64,000 bases of DNA from positions 4,576,001-4,640,000 of the forward strand of contig CBDCXR010000004.1 in assembly GCA_965223845.1 (NCBI GenBank). The letters are read 5' to 3'. Of the stretch, positions 10,179 to 20,769 are shown one piece after another. Numbering within the stretch: the stretch's first letter is position 1; every line of letters starts with the position of its first letter. A program made the position numbers and the translations under genes. This stretch comes from Planctomycetota bacterium (lineage in GTDB: Bacteria; Planctomycetota; UBA8108; SXIK01). The notes below the pieces were generated by a model. It was not told the origin of the DNA. It saw only the letters and a program-made list of their open reading frames with translations, and ran no database searches.

Positions 10179-13100
10179 AGAGAAGCTCCTTCCGGTTCAG
10201 CATCGTGTGGCACATCGATTTCCAGAATCCGTGATGGTCTCGCGCGGCCTCTTCGCGAAGCTCGTGATCACGGAGAAGCTCGCGAGCCCATGCGATCTCC
10301 CGCTCGGTCGCCTCGCGCGCGAACGCGGTTCGATGAATCGTTCGCACCCGCTCCTCGAATGAATCGACGCCCGACGCGAGAATCCGTTTCGCCCATTCGT
10401 CCGCCATACCCCAAGTCAGCTCGCCGTTAAGAAGCTCGAGCGACTGCGCCGGACTATTCGTGACGTTGCGGCGCCCGAACGGCTGAGTCGCGTCCGGCAT
10501 GTCGAAGAGCATGAGAAACGGCGGCAGCGCCTTGCGCCGAAGCTGGACGTAGATCGAGCGCCGCTTGCGATCGTTTCCTCGGACGCTCGGCCCGAAGAGA
10601 TGCGGTTCGAGAGTTCCTCCGAGCGCGAGGATCGTGTCGCGAATCGACTCGGCCTGGAGGCGACGAACCGGCATGCGCTGAAGCCACACGTTGTCGGGGT
10701 CGAGACGGATCGCCTCTGCCGATCCGCGGCTCGTCATTCGGTACGCGGTCGAGAGAACGAGCTCGCGAATGAGGCGCTTCACCGACCAGCCATCGCGCAT
10801 GAATCTTCCCGCCATGAAATCGAGCAGATCGGGATGCGACGGTGTGTCGCCCATGCGGCCGAAGTCATCGACCGAGGCGACGATCCCACGGCCGAAGAGG
10901 TGGTGCCAGACGCGGTTCGTCATCACTCGCGCCGTGAGCGGGTTCGTCGGATCGACGAGCCCCTTCGCCCACTCGAGCCGACCACTTCCCGACGTTCGGA
11001 ACGGAGTGCCGTCGATTCCGTCGAGAAAATGACGCGGAGTCGGCTCTTTGCTGAGGTTCTTGTGAGAGCCGCGGATGTAGATGGGCTCGTCCTCGCCGCG
11101 ACCGTCAGCTAGGCTGCGAACGTACTGCGGGCGGCGGAGCTCCGCCTGCGCCGCACGGTACGCAGAGACGGCCGTCCGGAGAGCTTCGGATCGCTCGAGG
11201 GAGAAGTCGAGTACCCCTCCTTCGAAGAGCGCCTCGAGAAGATCGCTTTCGGCGAGCGAAAGCGAGCCCGATCGCCACTTTTCGGGGAGCGATTGAAGCG
11301 CCGCCGCGATCTCGTCGAGCGTCGTCGCGGGCGTGCTCGCTTCCACCCAGACACGGCCCGCGGGCGGCACGGGTGGCGCGCCGTGATCGTTGACGGCCGC
11401 TCCGACGACCGCGTACGCGCCGTCGACGTGATCCCCGGTCGTCGCCGCGAAGCGGAATTCTCCTCCGTTTTGGAGAACCTCGAGATACGCCTTGTTTCCG
11501 GTCCAGAGCTTCGTGTCGAACCTGACCGTCGTCCACTTGTCGCTCTTGACGATCTTCGTCAGGCCGCCCGTCGTCGGACCGCGTCCGACCAGCTCGTAGT
11601 GACGAATGATGAGACTCACCCGCGCGTTCTTCCCCTTCACGCGGATCGATACACGATTTCCGAGTCGAAAGGTCGGCGAACGAAACGCGCCCGCAAACCG
11701 CGACGCCAGATGGCCGGACGCCGGATGTCCGCCGGCGAACGACGCGACGGCGCGATCCCCATCAAACGCGACGACGAAGTCGCCCGGCGGCCGCGGGGCG
11801 TGATCGAAGGCAACACCGGAAGGAATCCAGTCGGCGAACGAGTCGCGCGAACGGGCAGGATTTCCGATGAACGGGAGCGTCGGCGGCGAGCGTCGCCCCC
11901 GGATCTCCTTCCACGCTGAATCGAGCGCGCCGGAGTCGCTCGCGCGAACGAGTCGCGCGAGTAGACGCAGCTCCTCGTTTGACTTCTCTTCGAAGGCCTT
12001 GGCCCAGCGCTTCTGCATGGGCGTCGATGGCTCGTTGGTTCGCACGGCGATCAGGTCTTCACGCGCGCTGCGAACATCCTCCGCGAGAACATCCACTAAC
12101 GCAGCGCGCACCGGCTCCTTGAGCGCGCGCAGTCTCGCTCGATCTTCCGCCTGCTTCCCCGGCGAGTTGGTATCGGCGTGATCGAGACGCGAGCTCGCGA
12201 TGATTCCGTAGAGCGAGTAGTAGTCCTTCGTCGTGATCGGATCGAACTTGTGATCGTGGCACCCGGCGCAGGCAACGGTGAGCCCGACGAACGTCTTTCC
12301 GACGACGTCGATCATGTCCTCGAAGATTCGCGCCTCGTCGGCGTGAATATCGGGTGGGCCGTGCTGGCCGTCGGTGAGATAGAGGAATCCGGGGCCGACG
12401 ACCGACTCGTTGTCCCCCGAATCCGGACGCAGGCGCGGCTTCTCGAGCAGATCTCCCGCGAAGGCTTCGAGAACGAACTGCGAGTACGGGACATCCGCGT
12501 TGAACGCGCGGATCACGTAGTCGCGATAGCGATGCGTGTTCGCCATCAGATAGTCGGCCTCGAAGGACTTCGACTCGGCGAAGCGCGTCAAGTCGAGCCA
12601 ATGTCGCGCCCACTGCTCGCCGAAATGCGGTGAATCGAGCAGGCGATCGACGACGATGTCGAACGCCGCCGGCGAATCGTCGGTGAGAAAGCGATCGAGA
12701 TCCTCCGGACGCGGCGGAAGACCGGTGAGGTCGTACGTGACTCGACGGAGCCACGACTCGCGACTCGCCGGCTCTGCCGGCGACCACCCCTTCGCTTCGA
12801 GCCCGGCGAGGACGAAACGATCGTAGTCCGTGCGCGGCCAGTCCGTCCGATCGACCGCCGGGATCTCCACTTCCTTCACCGGGCGAAGCGACCACCAGTC
12901 GCGTCGTGCTTCGAGATCGAATCCTTCCGCCGACGCGTTCGATCGCGTCTTCCTTGCGCGAGGATCCGCGGCGCCCCGTTCGATCCAGCGCACGAAGTCG
13001 GCGATCACCTCGTTCGGAAGCTTCGCGCGCGGAGGCATCTCGAAGGACTCGTAGCGAAGTGCGGAGAGGAGAAGGCTCTCCTCGGGCTTCCCCGGAACGA

Positions 13101-13392
13101 TCGCGGGCCCCGAATCGCCACCCGTTTCCCATCCCCAGCGGCTGTCGAGGAGGAGGCCTCCGCGGAGCTTCTCCGCTGCGGCGGAATGGCACGAGTAACA
13201 GTTCTCGGCGAGAACCGGACGGATCCTCTTCTCGAAGAACTCGAGCTCGCTCGCGGGCGGCCGGTCCGCCGAGGATTCTGTCCCCTCTGAAGGGGACTGA
13301 TCCTCACCGAGAGAAACGGACGACGAAACCGCCGCTAAGGTCGCGACAATCGCGGCACGGACAGTACAAGGGACGTGGTAGGACTTCGCCAC
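10168..13392 (-). CDS. PSD1 and planctomycete cytochrome c domain protein (DUF1549/DUF1553)
   Basis: FFEKRIRPVLAENCYSCH, LRRVTYDLTGLPP, CAGCHDHKFDP, NPLTARVMTNRVW, PSHPDLLD; overlaps the DUF1501 start. Confidence 0.93.
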   Translation of the reverse strand: MAKSYHVPCTVRAAIVATLAAVSSSVSLGEDQSPSEGTESSADRPPASELEFFEKRIRPVLAENCYSCHSAAAEKLRGGLLLDSRWGWETGGDSGPAIVPGKPEESLLLSALRYESFEMPPRAKLPNEVIADFVRWIERGAADPRARKTRSNASAEGFDLEARRDWWSLRPVKEVEIPAVDRTDWPRTDYDRFVLAGLEAKGWSPAEPASRESWLRRVTYDLTGLPPRPEDLDRFLTDDSPAAFDIVVDRLLDSPHFGEQWARHWLDLTRFAESKSFEADYLMANTHRYRDYVIRAFNADVPYSQFVLEAFAGDLLEKPRLRPDSGDNESVVGPGFLYLTDGQHGPPDIHADEARIFEDMIDVVGKTFVGLTVACAGCHDHKFDPITTKDYYSLYGIIASSRLDHADTNSPGKQAEDRARLRALKEPVRAALVDVLAEDVRSAREDLIAVRTNEPSTPMQKRWAKAFEEKSNEELRLLARLVRASDSGALDSAWKEIRGRRSPPTLPFIGNPARSRDSFADWIPSGVAFDHAPRPPGDFVVAFDGDRAVASFAGGHPASGHLASRFAGAFRSPTFRLGNRVSIRVKGKNARVSLIIRHYELVGRGPTTGGLTKIVKSDKWTTVRFDTKLWTGNKAYLEVLQNGGEFRFAATTGDHVDGAYAVVGAAVNDHGAPPVPPAGRVWVEASTPATTLDEIAAALQSLPEKWRSGSLSLAESDLLEALFEGGVLDFSLERSEALRTAVSAYRAAQAELRRPQYVRSLADGRGEDEPIYIRGSHKNLSKEPTPRHFLDGIDGTPFRTSGSGRLEWAKGLVDPTNPLTARVMTNRVWHHLFGRGIVASVDDFGRMGDTPSHPDLLDFMAGRFMRDGWSVKRLIRELVLSTAYRMTSRGSAEAIRLDPDNVWLQRMPVRRLQAESIRDTILALGGTLEPHLFGPSVRGNDRKRRSIYVQLRRKALPPFLMLFDMPDATQPFGRRNVTNSPAQSLELLNGELTWGMADEWAKRILASGVDSFEERVRTIHRTAFAREATEREIAWARELLRDHELREEAARDHHGFWKSMCHTMLNRKELLYVY

Positions 13393-13630
13393 GGTAGGAA
13401 CGGTACTCTGAGAAAACTCGAACTTCGCGTGAACACACTAGTGACGGCGACTTGGCCGGATCCGGGCTATTCTCGGAGATCCCGCGAGAGATTTCCACGT
13501 CGAGGCGCGTGCGCTCGGTCGCCGGTGTCGAACATCACGCAGTGACCGGCCCTCGCTTTCGCCGGCGAGCGACGCGCGGGCCTTCTTCGCTCCGGTTCGA
13601 GGTGCCAGACGCGGCCGGCGGCGCGCGACC

Positions 13631-14950
13631 TCACGGCGCTTGCGCCGAGTCGCTCGCTCTCCACGGAACGAGGCTCGTTCGAATCTCTTCGACGTAGGCC
13701 GCGACGTCGAATGGCACTTCGCTGAGCGTCCGCTCGACGCGAGGAATCCACTCGTCTTCGACGCGTGTCCTCCACGCCTCGCGATCCTCGTCCCACGTCT
13801 CCCACTCGAGGACCAAGCGCGCGAGCTCCTCGCGCTGGCGCCGTCGCTCGGCCTCGGGGTCGAGGAATGCAGACGCGGCTCCGTAAGCGAAGTTTCCGAA
13901 TCGAAAGGCGGGTTGCGAGAGATCGCATCGAACGCGAGGTGTCGCATAAGCGTGTGCGATATCACTGCGCGCAAAGCTCATCCAAAGGTGGCGAGGCTCC
14001 GCGTAGTCGGCCACGGCTCGCGCGAACTGAAACAGCGCTCGGCCCGCTCGCTCCCCGTTCGACGTTCGCCCCCAGAATCGGTCGGCGAAGCTCCGGTGAA
14101 CGACGCGACAGCCCGCGTCTTGAGTTCTCCACACCGAGAACGGCTTCGAGCGAAGGAGCTCGGCGGCGTCCGCATCTTCGTCCCGAAGAAGCAACACGGC
14201 CGCACCCAGGGCCTGACGGGGACGCATGTCTTGGTGAAACTCGGCCTCGAGGATCGACAGCAATCGCTCGGCCGAGGAGAGCGCCCACACGCAACACAAT
14301 CGCGGCGGCAGTCCCGAGCGGAGAGCGAGCTGAACTTCTTTCGGAACCGCGCTCGACGGACGCCGCAAACTCGGCTCCCGTGGCTCGACGTCGAGAGCGG
14401 TCGCAGCGGCATCACCGAGTGCAGATGCGAGTGCGACTCGCTCTTCCGTCAGCGATCCGGCGGCGACCTCACGACGAAGATCGGGAATCGTCAGGCCGTC
14501 CAGCGGGCGACGCAGGGGCGCCAGCTCGAGCCACTCCGCCGCCCGCAAGCCTTCTTCGAGTGCGCGAGCGGACTCGCGAGACCGCGAGACGAGAATGATC
14601 GAAGCAGCGCCGGGTGATCGGTCCAGCTTTCCCGTCGGCGTCTTCGGACAGCGGCAGACGAAGTCCGCCGGCTCGCGTACCCGACGAAGCGCGCCGAGGA
14701 GATAGAACGGCGCCGTGATCAACGTGATCACGAGCGCAAGCCCGACCACACCGCCGATGCCGCCGAGAGCGACCGCTCCAGCGCGAAGCCAAAGACTTTC
14801 GCCGCCGTAGAGGTGGTTTCCGAGAGCGGCTCCCGCGAGAACAACGAAGAGGACGACGACGCACCCGATCATCTCGAGAAGCGTTGCGCCTCGCCCGGCT
14901 GAGCGGGGTCTTCGCGCGGGGACTGCAGTCGGGAGAGTCGAGCGTTTCAA
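13631..14950 (-). CDS. Membrane protein with prepilin-like N-terminus and Imm5-like C-terminal domain
   Basis: RG|ATLLE followed by a hydrophobic helix and a second TM; later VWALSSAERLLSILEAEFHQDMRPRQAL and AERRRQREEL resemble Imm5-like proteins. Confidence 0.6.
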   Translation of the reverse strand: MKRSTLPTAVPARRPRSAGRGATLLEMIGCVVVLFVVLAGAALGNHLYGGESLWLRAGAVALGGIGGVVGLALVITLITAPFYLLGALRRVREPADFVCRCPKTPTGKLDRSPGAASIILVSRSRESARALEEGLRAAEWLELAPLRRPLDGLTIPDLRREVAAGSLTEERVALASALGDAAATALDVEPREPSLRRPSSAVPKEVQLALRSGLPPRLCCVWALSSAERLLSILEAEFHQDMRPRQALGAAVLLLRDEDADAAELLRSKPFSVWRTQDAGCRVVHRSFADRFWGRTSNGERAGRALFQFARAVADYAEPRHLWMSFARSDIAHAYATPRVRCDLSQPAFRFGNFAYGAASAFLDPEAERRRQREELARLVLEWETWDEDREAWRTRVEDEWIPRVERTLSEVPFDVAAYVEEIRTSLVPWRASDSAQAP

Positions 14951-15211
14951 GGGGCGGAGAAAACCCGAATCGAAGACTCAAGCTCGTGGATCACTCGACC
15001 CGTCCGTGGTCCGCTCGGGTCCGGGATCCACGGCTCAAAGTCCATCTCGTCCTTCGTGATTTTGCCTCGTCGGCACCGCCAATTATAATCGAAACGAGAT
15101 CGACGCGAGGACACGTCGCTTCGTCGTTTGCTCGGGCAAACGCTTTCATAGGGAACGGAACGGCAGCCTCGTGTCTCTGGAGATCAACGGCTCTTCCGAG
15201 AGGAAGGGAGT

Positions 15212-16126
15212 GTGCCCATTGAGACCGAGACCACAACGATGAACAAGCTCAGCGTCGCCCTGATCGCCTTCCTCGTCGTCGGGAACATCGTCTCCGTCAC
15301 TCTCCTCGTGCTGCGCGACCCCGGCGAGCCGCTCGGATCAATCGACCGCGTCGACGACGAATCCCTCGTCGCCGCGATCCAGAGTCTCGATGCAAAACTC
15401 GACCGACTCGAGGCGGCGTTCGAGGCGGAGTCATCGCTGGCGAATCGACACCTGCCGGTCTCCGGCGAAGGTGCCCAGCCGATCGTGTCGGCCGCCGCGC
15501 CGGACCTCACACCGGTGCTCGATCGTCTCGCACTCATCGAGCAGACCCTCGCCGAGATGAAGGACGTGAACGATGAGCTGGCCGCCGCGGAGCTGCGCGA
15601 GAAGCGCCAGGCGCAGTTCCGCGCCGAAGATGGATTCTCGGTTGCGGACGAGCTGCTCTCGCAGAAGAAATTCGCCGTTGCGGCGAACGGCTATCTCGAG
15701 TTCCTCAACGCCCACCCTGACCATCCCGACGCCCCCGATCTCACGGACAAGGCCGCCGAAGCGTTTCGTCGGGCCGGATACGAGGAGAAGGCGATCTGGC
15801 TGAAGGAGCAGATGCTCGACCAGTTTCCCGATCGTCGCGGCGACACGCTCCACAGCTTAGCCGTGATGAAGAAGCAGCTCCATCGCTACGACGAAGCGAT
15901 CGCACACGCGACCGAGGCGGCGGAGCTCGCGAAGAACGACGAGAGTCGCCTCTGGCGCCTCCTCTACCGCGCCTATCTGTTCGGGCAGCGCGATGGCGAC
16001 GAGGCTGCCCTCCCCGTTTACCGCGAGATCGAAAGAGCAGCACGGTCCGCGGGCTCCGGTGGACCAGCGAACCAGGCGCGGGAAAAGATCGCTGCCATCG
16101 AGAGACGCCTCGCGGCGGCGCAGTAG
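15212..16126 (+). CDS. Membrane-anchored coiled-coil/TPR protein
   Basis: N-terminal TM, coiled coil, TPR-like helices (FLNAHPDHPDAP; LHRYDEAIAHATEAAELA). Confidence 0.8.
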   Translation: MPIETETTTMNKLSVALIAFLVVGNIVSVTLLVLRDPGEPLGSIDRVDDESLVAAIQSLDAKLDRLEAAFEAESSLANRHLPVSGEGAQPIVSAAAPDLTPVLDRLALIEQTLAEMKDVNDELAAAELREKRQAQFRAEDGFSVADELLSQKKFAVAANGYLEFLNAHPDHPDAPDLTDKAAEAFRRAGYEEKAIWLKEQMLDQFPDRRGDTLHSLAVMKKQLHRYDEAIAHATEAAELAKNDESRLWRLLYRAYLFGQRDGDEAALPVYREIERAARSAGSGGPANQAREKIAAIERRLAAAQ

Positions 16127-16172
16127 CAAGCTTCGAGCGAACCGCGGCTCGCGGGGACACCGAACGCGACCG

Positions 16173-16634
16173 CTACTCGAGTTGCAGAATTCGCCGCGCC
16201 TCCTCGTCGTCTCGATACACTCGCCACTCCTCGACCAGGCCGCGGCGGATCACCGCCCGCCAAATGAACCGCCCGCTCAACGCGGCGTGCGAGCACTCCG
16301 CGCGACCGATCATGATCACCGCATCGCCACGGCTCTCAACGCGCCTGAACACATTGCGGTAGTCGGGAAACGCTTCGAAGAACCGGGCCCAGCTCGCTTT
16401 CATCTCCCGGCGGCCGCGCGTGACGATTCCGGTCGCATCGACGAAGGCGTGCCCTTCGGTCATGAGCTCGACGAGCCCGTCTAGGTCGCGGCGATTGATT
16501 CGCTCGTTGAACGCGATCGCCACGGACTCGGCCGAGGCCGCGTCTACCTGCTCCATCGGTTCCTCGAGCCCTCGACACGCAGACGCGGCGAGCACCGCAG
16601 AAGAAACAGCCGTCGCGAGGCGAATCTCGCGCAT
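16173..16634 (-). CDS. NTF2/SnoaL-like protein
   Basis: FNERINRRDLDGLVELMTEGHAFVD...GRREMKASWARFFEAFPDYRN...VEEWRVY. Confidence 0.85.
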   Translation of the reverse strand: MREIRLATAVSSAVLAASACRGLEEPMEQVDAASAESVAIAFNERINRRDLDGLVELMTEGHAFVDATGIVTRGRREMKASWARFFEAFPDYRNVFRRVESRGDAVIMIGRAECSHAALSGRFIWRAVIRRGLVEEWRVYRDDEEARRILQLE

Positions 16635-16655
16635 TCGTTGCAGCCCGACGTCGAC

Positions 16656-18092
16656 TCAGACGAGGATCTCTCGGACGACTCGTGACGGCTCGACTCCCGT
16701 GAGTCTCTGATCGAGTCCCTGGTGCGGGAACGTAAGGCGTCGGTGATCGATGCCGAGAAGATGCAGCATCGTCGCGTGAAGATCGCGCACGTGGACCGGG
16801 TCCTCGACGATGTTGTAGCTGAAATCGTCGGTTTTCCCGAAGTGCATACCGCCTCGGATCCCTCCGCCGGCGAGCCAACCGGAGAAGCAGCGCGGATGAT
16901 GGTCGCGTCCGTAGTTGTCGCGCGTGATGTTTCCCTGACCGAACACGGTGCGACCGAACTCACCGGCGAAGACGACGAGAGTCTCGTCGAGGAGTCCGCG
17001 AGACTTCAGGTCATCGAGCAGGGCGGCGGTCGGCTGGTCGACGTCGAGGCACTGCCCTCTCATGTTGTCGGGGAGGCGCGAATGATGGTCCCACCCGCGA
17101 TGGAACAGCTGAATGAAGCGCACGTCGCGCTCGACCATCCGGCGGGCGAGGAGGCAGTTCCGCGCGTACGAGCCGGGCTTCTCCACTTCCGGGCCGTACT
17201 TTTCTAGGATCTTCTTCGGCTCGCTCGCGATGTTCGTCAGCTCGGGGACGGACGCTTGCATACGAAACGCCATCTCCTGCTGCGCGATCGTCGTCTGGAT
17301 CTCGGGATCGCCGATCTCCGCGAGATGCTTCTGGTTGAGCGCCGCGAGCGAATCGAGCATCCGTCGTCGCACTCGCGCATCGACGCCGCCTGGATTCGAA
17401 AGAAAGAGCACCGGGTCGCCCGTCGTCTGAAACGAGGTTCCCTGATGCTTTGAGGGAAGAAAGCCGCTCCCCCAGAGGCGCGCGTAGAGTGCTTGGACGT
17501 TGACCTTACCCCGCCAAAACGCCGAGGGAAGAACGACGAAGTCGGGAAGGTCTTGATTGAGCGACCCGAGGCCGTAGCTCAGCCACGAGCCCATGCTCGG
17601 CTTCCCGGGGATCTCGGCTCCCGTGCAGAACGATGTCTTTCCCGGGTCGTGATTGATCGCGTTCGTATTGAACGTGTGAATGAAGCAGAGCTCGTCCGCC
17701 GCCGCCGAAAGGTGCGGGAGGAGCTCGCTCATCCAGACGCCGCTCTCGCCGCGGCGGATGAAGTCGAACCGTGACGGGGCGATGAGCTGCTCCCGTCCCC
17801 GCGTCATCGTCGTGACCCGCTGTCCGCGGCTCACCGACTTCGGAAGCTCGGCGCGAAACAGTCGGTGAAGATCGGGTTTGTAGTCGAAGAGGTCGACCTG
17901 ACTCGGCGCGCCCGCCATGAAGAGAAAGATCACCCGCTTCGCCTTCGCCGGGTGGTGAAGCCCGGTCGGGGCCGCGAGGCCGGCGCGCGGTGCGAGCGAC
18001 GCCAGTGCCGCCACGCCGAGTCCCATCCCCGAGTTCAGCAGGAACGAGCGGCGCGATTGGAGATCGGCCGCGGTCTCAAAGCTAGTCATCAT
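16656..18092 (-). CDS. DUF1501 domain protein
   Basis: SRRSFL Tat motif, AKRVIFLFMAGAPSQVDLFDYKP, GWDHH, GEFGRT...GRDHHP. Confidence 0.94.
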   Translation of the reverse strand: MMTSFETAADLQSRRSFLLNSGMGLGVAALASLAPRAGLAAPTGLHHPAKAKRVIFLFMAGAPSQVDLFDYKPDLHRLFRAELPKSVSRGQRVTTMTRGREQLIAPSRFDFIRRGESGVWMSELLPHLSAAADELCFIHTFNTNAINHDPGKTSFCTGAEIPGKPSMGSWLSYGLGSLNQDLPDFVVLPSAFWRGKVNVQALYARLWGSGFLPSKHQGTSFQTTGDPVLFLSNPGGVDARVRRRMLDSLAALNQKHLAEIGDPEIQTTIAQQEMAFRMQASVPELTNIASEPKKILEKYGPEVEKPGSYARNCLLARRMVERDVRFIQLFHRGWDHHSRLPDNMRGQCLDVDQPTAALLDDLKSRGLLDETLVVFAGEFGRTVFGQGNITRDNYGRDHHPRCFSGWLAGGGIRGGMHFGKTDDFSYNIVEDPVHVRDLHATMLHLLGIDHRRLTFPHQGLDQRLTGVEPSRVVREILV

Positions 18093-18102
18093 TCCGCTCC
18101 GC

Positions 18103-20541
18103 TCACTCGCGAGTCTTCGTGATGTCGAGGTTGTACACTGCGTTCACGAGCATGGTCCACGCGCCGAGCTCCGCCTTGTCCTCGCTCTCCTCCGGCGAGA
18201 CTCCACGACAAATTTCCTCCGCAAGAGCGGGACTTTCGCGGTAGAGAGCGTGCAGCTCCTCGACGAGATCGGAAAGCACCTTACGTTCCCGCGCGTCGGG
18301 CAAGTTCGAGGTCACGATCTCATAGACGAGATCGATTCGTCCCTCGAGCGTCAGGCCTTCCTCCGCGAGGGCGCGCTGCGCGAGATGCCGGGCGGCCTTC
18401 AGGTATTCCGCCTCGTTGAGAAGGAGCAATGCTTGCGAAGGGGTGTTCGTCCGTTCGCGGCGCGCGACGCAGGCGTCGCGAATCGGGGCATTGAGGATCG
18501 TCATCTGTGGCGGAGGCATCCCGCGCTTCCAATACGTGTAGACACTCCGGCGGTAGATGGCGTCTCCTTCGTCCGGCCGGAAGCGCTCGCCGATCATCGT
18601 GACCGCCTTCCAAAGGCCGTCCGGCTGCGGCGGCTTGACGCTCCGCCCGAACATTCGGTTGGCGAGGAGGCCGCTCGTCGCGAGGATTTGGTCACGAATC
18701 ATCTCGGCGTCCATCCGAAAGCGAGACCCGCGCGCGAGCAGCCGGTTCTCCGGGTCCGTCCGAAACTCGTCCGGAGACGCGACGGAACTCTGCCGATAGG
18801 TCTTCGACAACACGATCTCTTTGACGAGGGCCTTTACGTCCCAGCCCGAATTCATGAACGAGACCGAGAGGTAGTCGAGGAGATCGGGATGGCTCGGGAG
18901 CTCGCCCTGAGTTCCCAAGTCCTCCGACGTCTTCACCAACCCGACGCCGAAAAACTGCTGCCAGAACCGGTTGACCGCGACGCGCGCGGTGAGGGGATTT
19001 GTCCGATCGACGAACCACTCGGCCAGATCGAGGCGCGTCGCAACGGCGCCTCGCCGCTTCATCGGCGGCAGGAATGCGGGAGCATCGCGCGAAACTTCCT
19101 CACCGGGATCGTCGTACTGACCCCGTTTCATGACATGAGTCGAGCGGATCTCCTTCCGCTCCTTCATCACCATGGCCCGCGGCATCGCACGATCGAGCTC
19201 CGTGCGTCTCGCTTCGAGCCCGTTCTTTTTCTCGGTGAGTTCGGCCGCCGCGCGCTCGAGCCGCTCCTTGACTTCGTCGCCGCTCGCTTCCTTCGCGGCC
19301 TTCTCGGCTCGCTTGAGCTCGGGGTCGAGTGAGGTCAGTTGCTCCGTCAACGAGCGCAGCTCTCGCTTCTGCTCCGGCGTGCCGATCGTCACGAACGGGG
19401 GTTGGAGGCCGTTCCGCGGCGCGCCGTTCGTCTCCGGCGCCGCGTCGATGTTGTTGAAGAACGCAAAGAGCGAATAGAAATCTCGCTGAGTGAGCGGATC
19501 GAACTTGTGGTCGTGGCACGAAGCGCAGTGCACGGTCATTCCGAGAAACGCCGTTCCGACCGCCGTGACTCGGTCGACGACGTTCTTGAAGAAGCTCTCT
19601 TCGGGGAGCGCCGTTCCCCGGTCGATGATGAGGTGGAGTCGATTGAATCCGGAGGCGACGAGCTGGTCGTCGGTCGGATCGGAGAAGAGATCGCCGGCGA
19701 GCTGGTAGCGGACGAAGTCGTCGTAGCCGAGTCCGTCGTTGAACGCGCGGATCACCCAATCGCGATAGGCGTGAAGATTGCGATAGAAATCTTTGTGCAT
19801 CCCGTTCGTGTCGGCGAAGCGAACGAGGTCGAGCCAGTAGCGCGTCATGTGCTCGCCGTACTGCTCACGCGCCAGCAGACGATCGACGAGGGATTCGTAG
19901 GCGTTCGGGCGATCGTCGGCGAGAAACGCTCGCACCTCTTCGCGGGTCGGCGGTAAGCCGGTGAGGTCGAAGGTCACTCGGCGGATGAGGGTACGCTTGT
20001 CCGCCTCTGGGGAGGGCTTTCGCCCCTCGGCTTCCAGCCGCCGCAGGACGAAAAGGTCGATCGCGCGATCGCTCCACGCGCGATCGGTCACGTCGGGGAG
20101 GGGCGGCATCCGTGGAGTGATGAACGACCAGTAGTCCTCGTAGACCGCACCCGCTTCGATCCACCGCCGGATGACACCCAGCTCGTCCTCGGTGAACGGT
20201 TTCTTGTGGGCGCTCTCCGGCGGCATCCGATCGTCCGGATCGGACGTCGTGATCCGTCGCCAGACCTCACTCTTCTCAGCGGACCCCGGAACGATCGCCG
20301 ACACGCCGCCGCGCGATCGGTACGCGCCGTCGTCTCCCGTCGCGCGGTCGAGCCGGAGCTTCGCATTGCGGCCGTGAGTGTCGGGGCCGTGGCACGAAAA
20401 ACACCGATTCGCGAGCAGAGGCCGAATGTCACGGTTGAACGAGGCTTCGCGCGGGGAAGCGTCCGCCCCGCCGCCGACGGCGAGCGCTACGAACCAAGCG
20501 AGAACCAGCGATGGCCAGGGAAGTCTTCGTCGCGAATTCAT
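18103..20541 (-). CDS. PSD1 and planctomycete cytochrome c domain protein
   Basis: FNRDIRPLLANRCFSCHGPD, CASCHDHKFDP, NPLTARVAVNRFWQ, RRSVYTYWKR, NTPSQAL. Confidence 0.94.
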   Translation of the reverse strand: MNSRRRLPWPSLVLAWFVALAVGGGADASPREASFNRDIRPLLANRCFSCHGPDTHGRNAKLRLDRATGDDGAYRSRGGVSAIVPGSAEKSEVWRRITTSDPDDRMPPESAHKKPFTEDELGVIRRWIEAGAVYEDYWSFITPRMPPLPDVTDRAWSDRAIDLFVLRRLEAEGRKPSPEADKRTLIRRVTFDLTGLPPTREEVRAFLADDRPNAYESLVDRLLAREQYGEHMTRYWLDLVRFADTNGMHKDFYRNLHAYRDWVIRAFNDGLGYDDFVRYQLAGDLFSDPTDDQLVASGFNRLHLIIDRGTALPEESFFKNVVDRVTAVGTAFLGMTVHCASCHDHKFDPLTQRDFYSLFAFFNNIDAAPETNGAPRNGLQPPFVTIGTPEQKRELRSLTEQLTSLDPELKRAEKAAKEASGDEVKERLERAAAELTEKKNGLEARRTELDRAMPRAMVMKERKEIRSTHVMKRGQYDDPGEEVSRDAPAFLPPMKRRGAVATRLDLAEWFVDRTNPLTARVAVNRFWQQFFGVGLVKTSEDLGTQGELPSHPDLLDYLSVSFMNSGWDVKALVKEIVLSKTYRQSSVASPDEFRTDPENRLLARGSRFRMDAEMIRDQILATSGLLANRMFGRSVKPPQPDGLWKAVTMIGERFRPDEGDAIYRRSVYTYWKRGMPPPQMTILNAPIRDACVARRERTNTPSQALLLLNEAEYLKAARHLAQRALAEEGLTLEGRIDLVYEIVTSNLPDARERKVLSDLVEELHALYRESPALAEEICRGVSPEESEDKAELGAWTMLVNAVYNLDITKTRE

Positions 20542-20769
20542 CGGGCAGTCCAGAGGGTCCGTCTCCGGTGGGTACGAGCGTCACACTGAGTCTCCCACCC
20601 CCCGGAGTTTCCATCCTCTTCGAAGGGCGAAGCGAAGTCTACGGGCTGGGCAGAGGATCCGGGCGCGCGCATTTCCCCGCCGCGAACCGGCGGAAGTCGA
20701 GACGATTCGGAGGATGTTTGAGCGGACGAACCACGGACCGGCTCGAGGCCCGGCACGATCTTCTAATTT

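Noticed and set aside
15125-15176. 7-bp hairpin and GGAAC-N16-GTCT ECF-like promoter before the TPR gene
   Set aside because: Short motifs with a single occurrence; indistinguishable from chance without TSS data.
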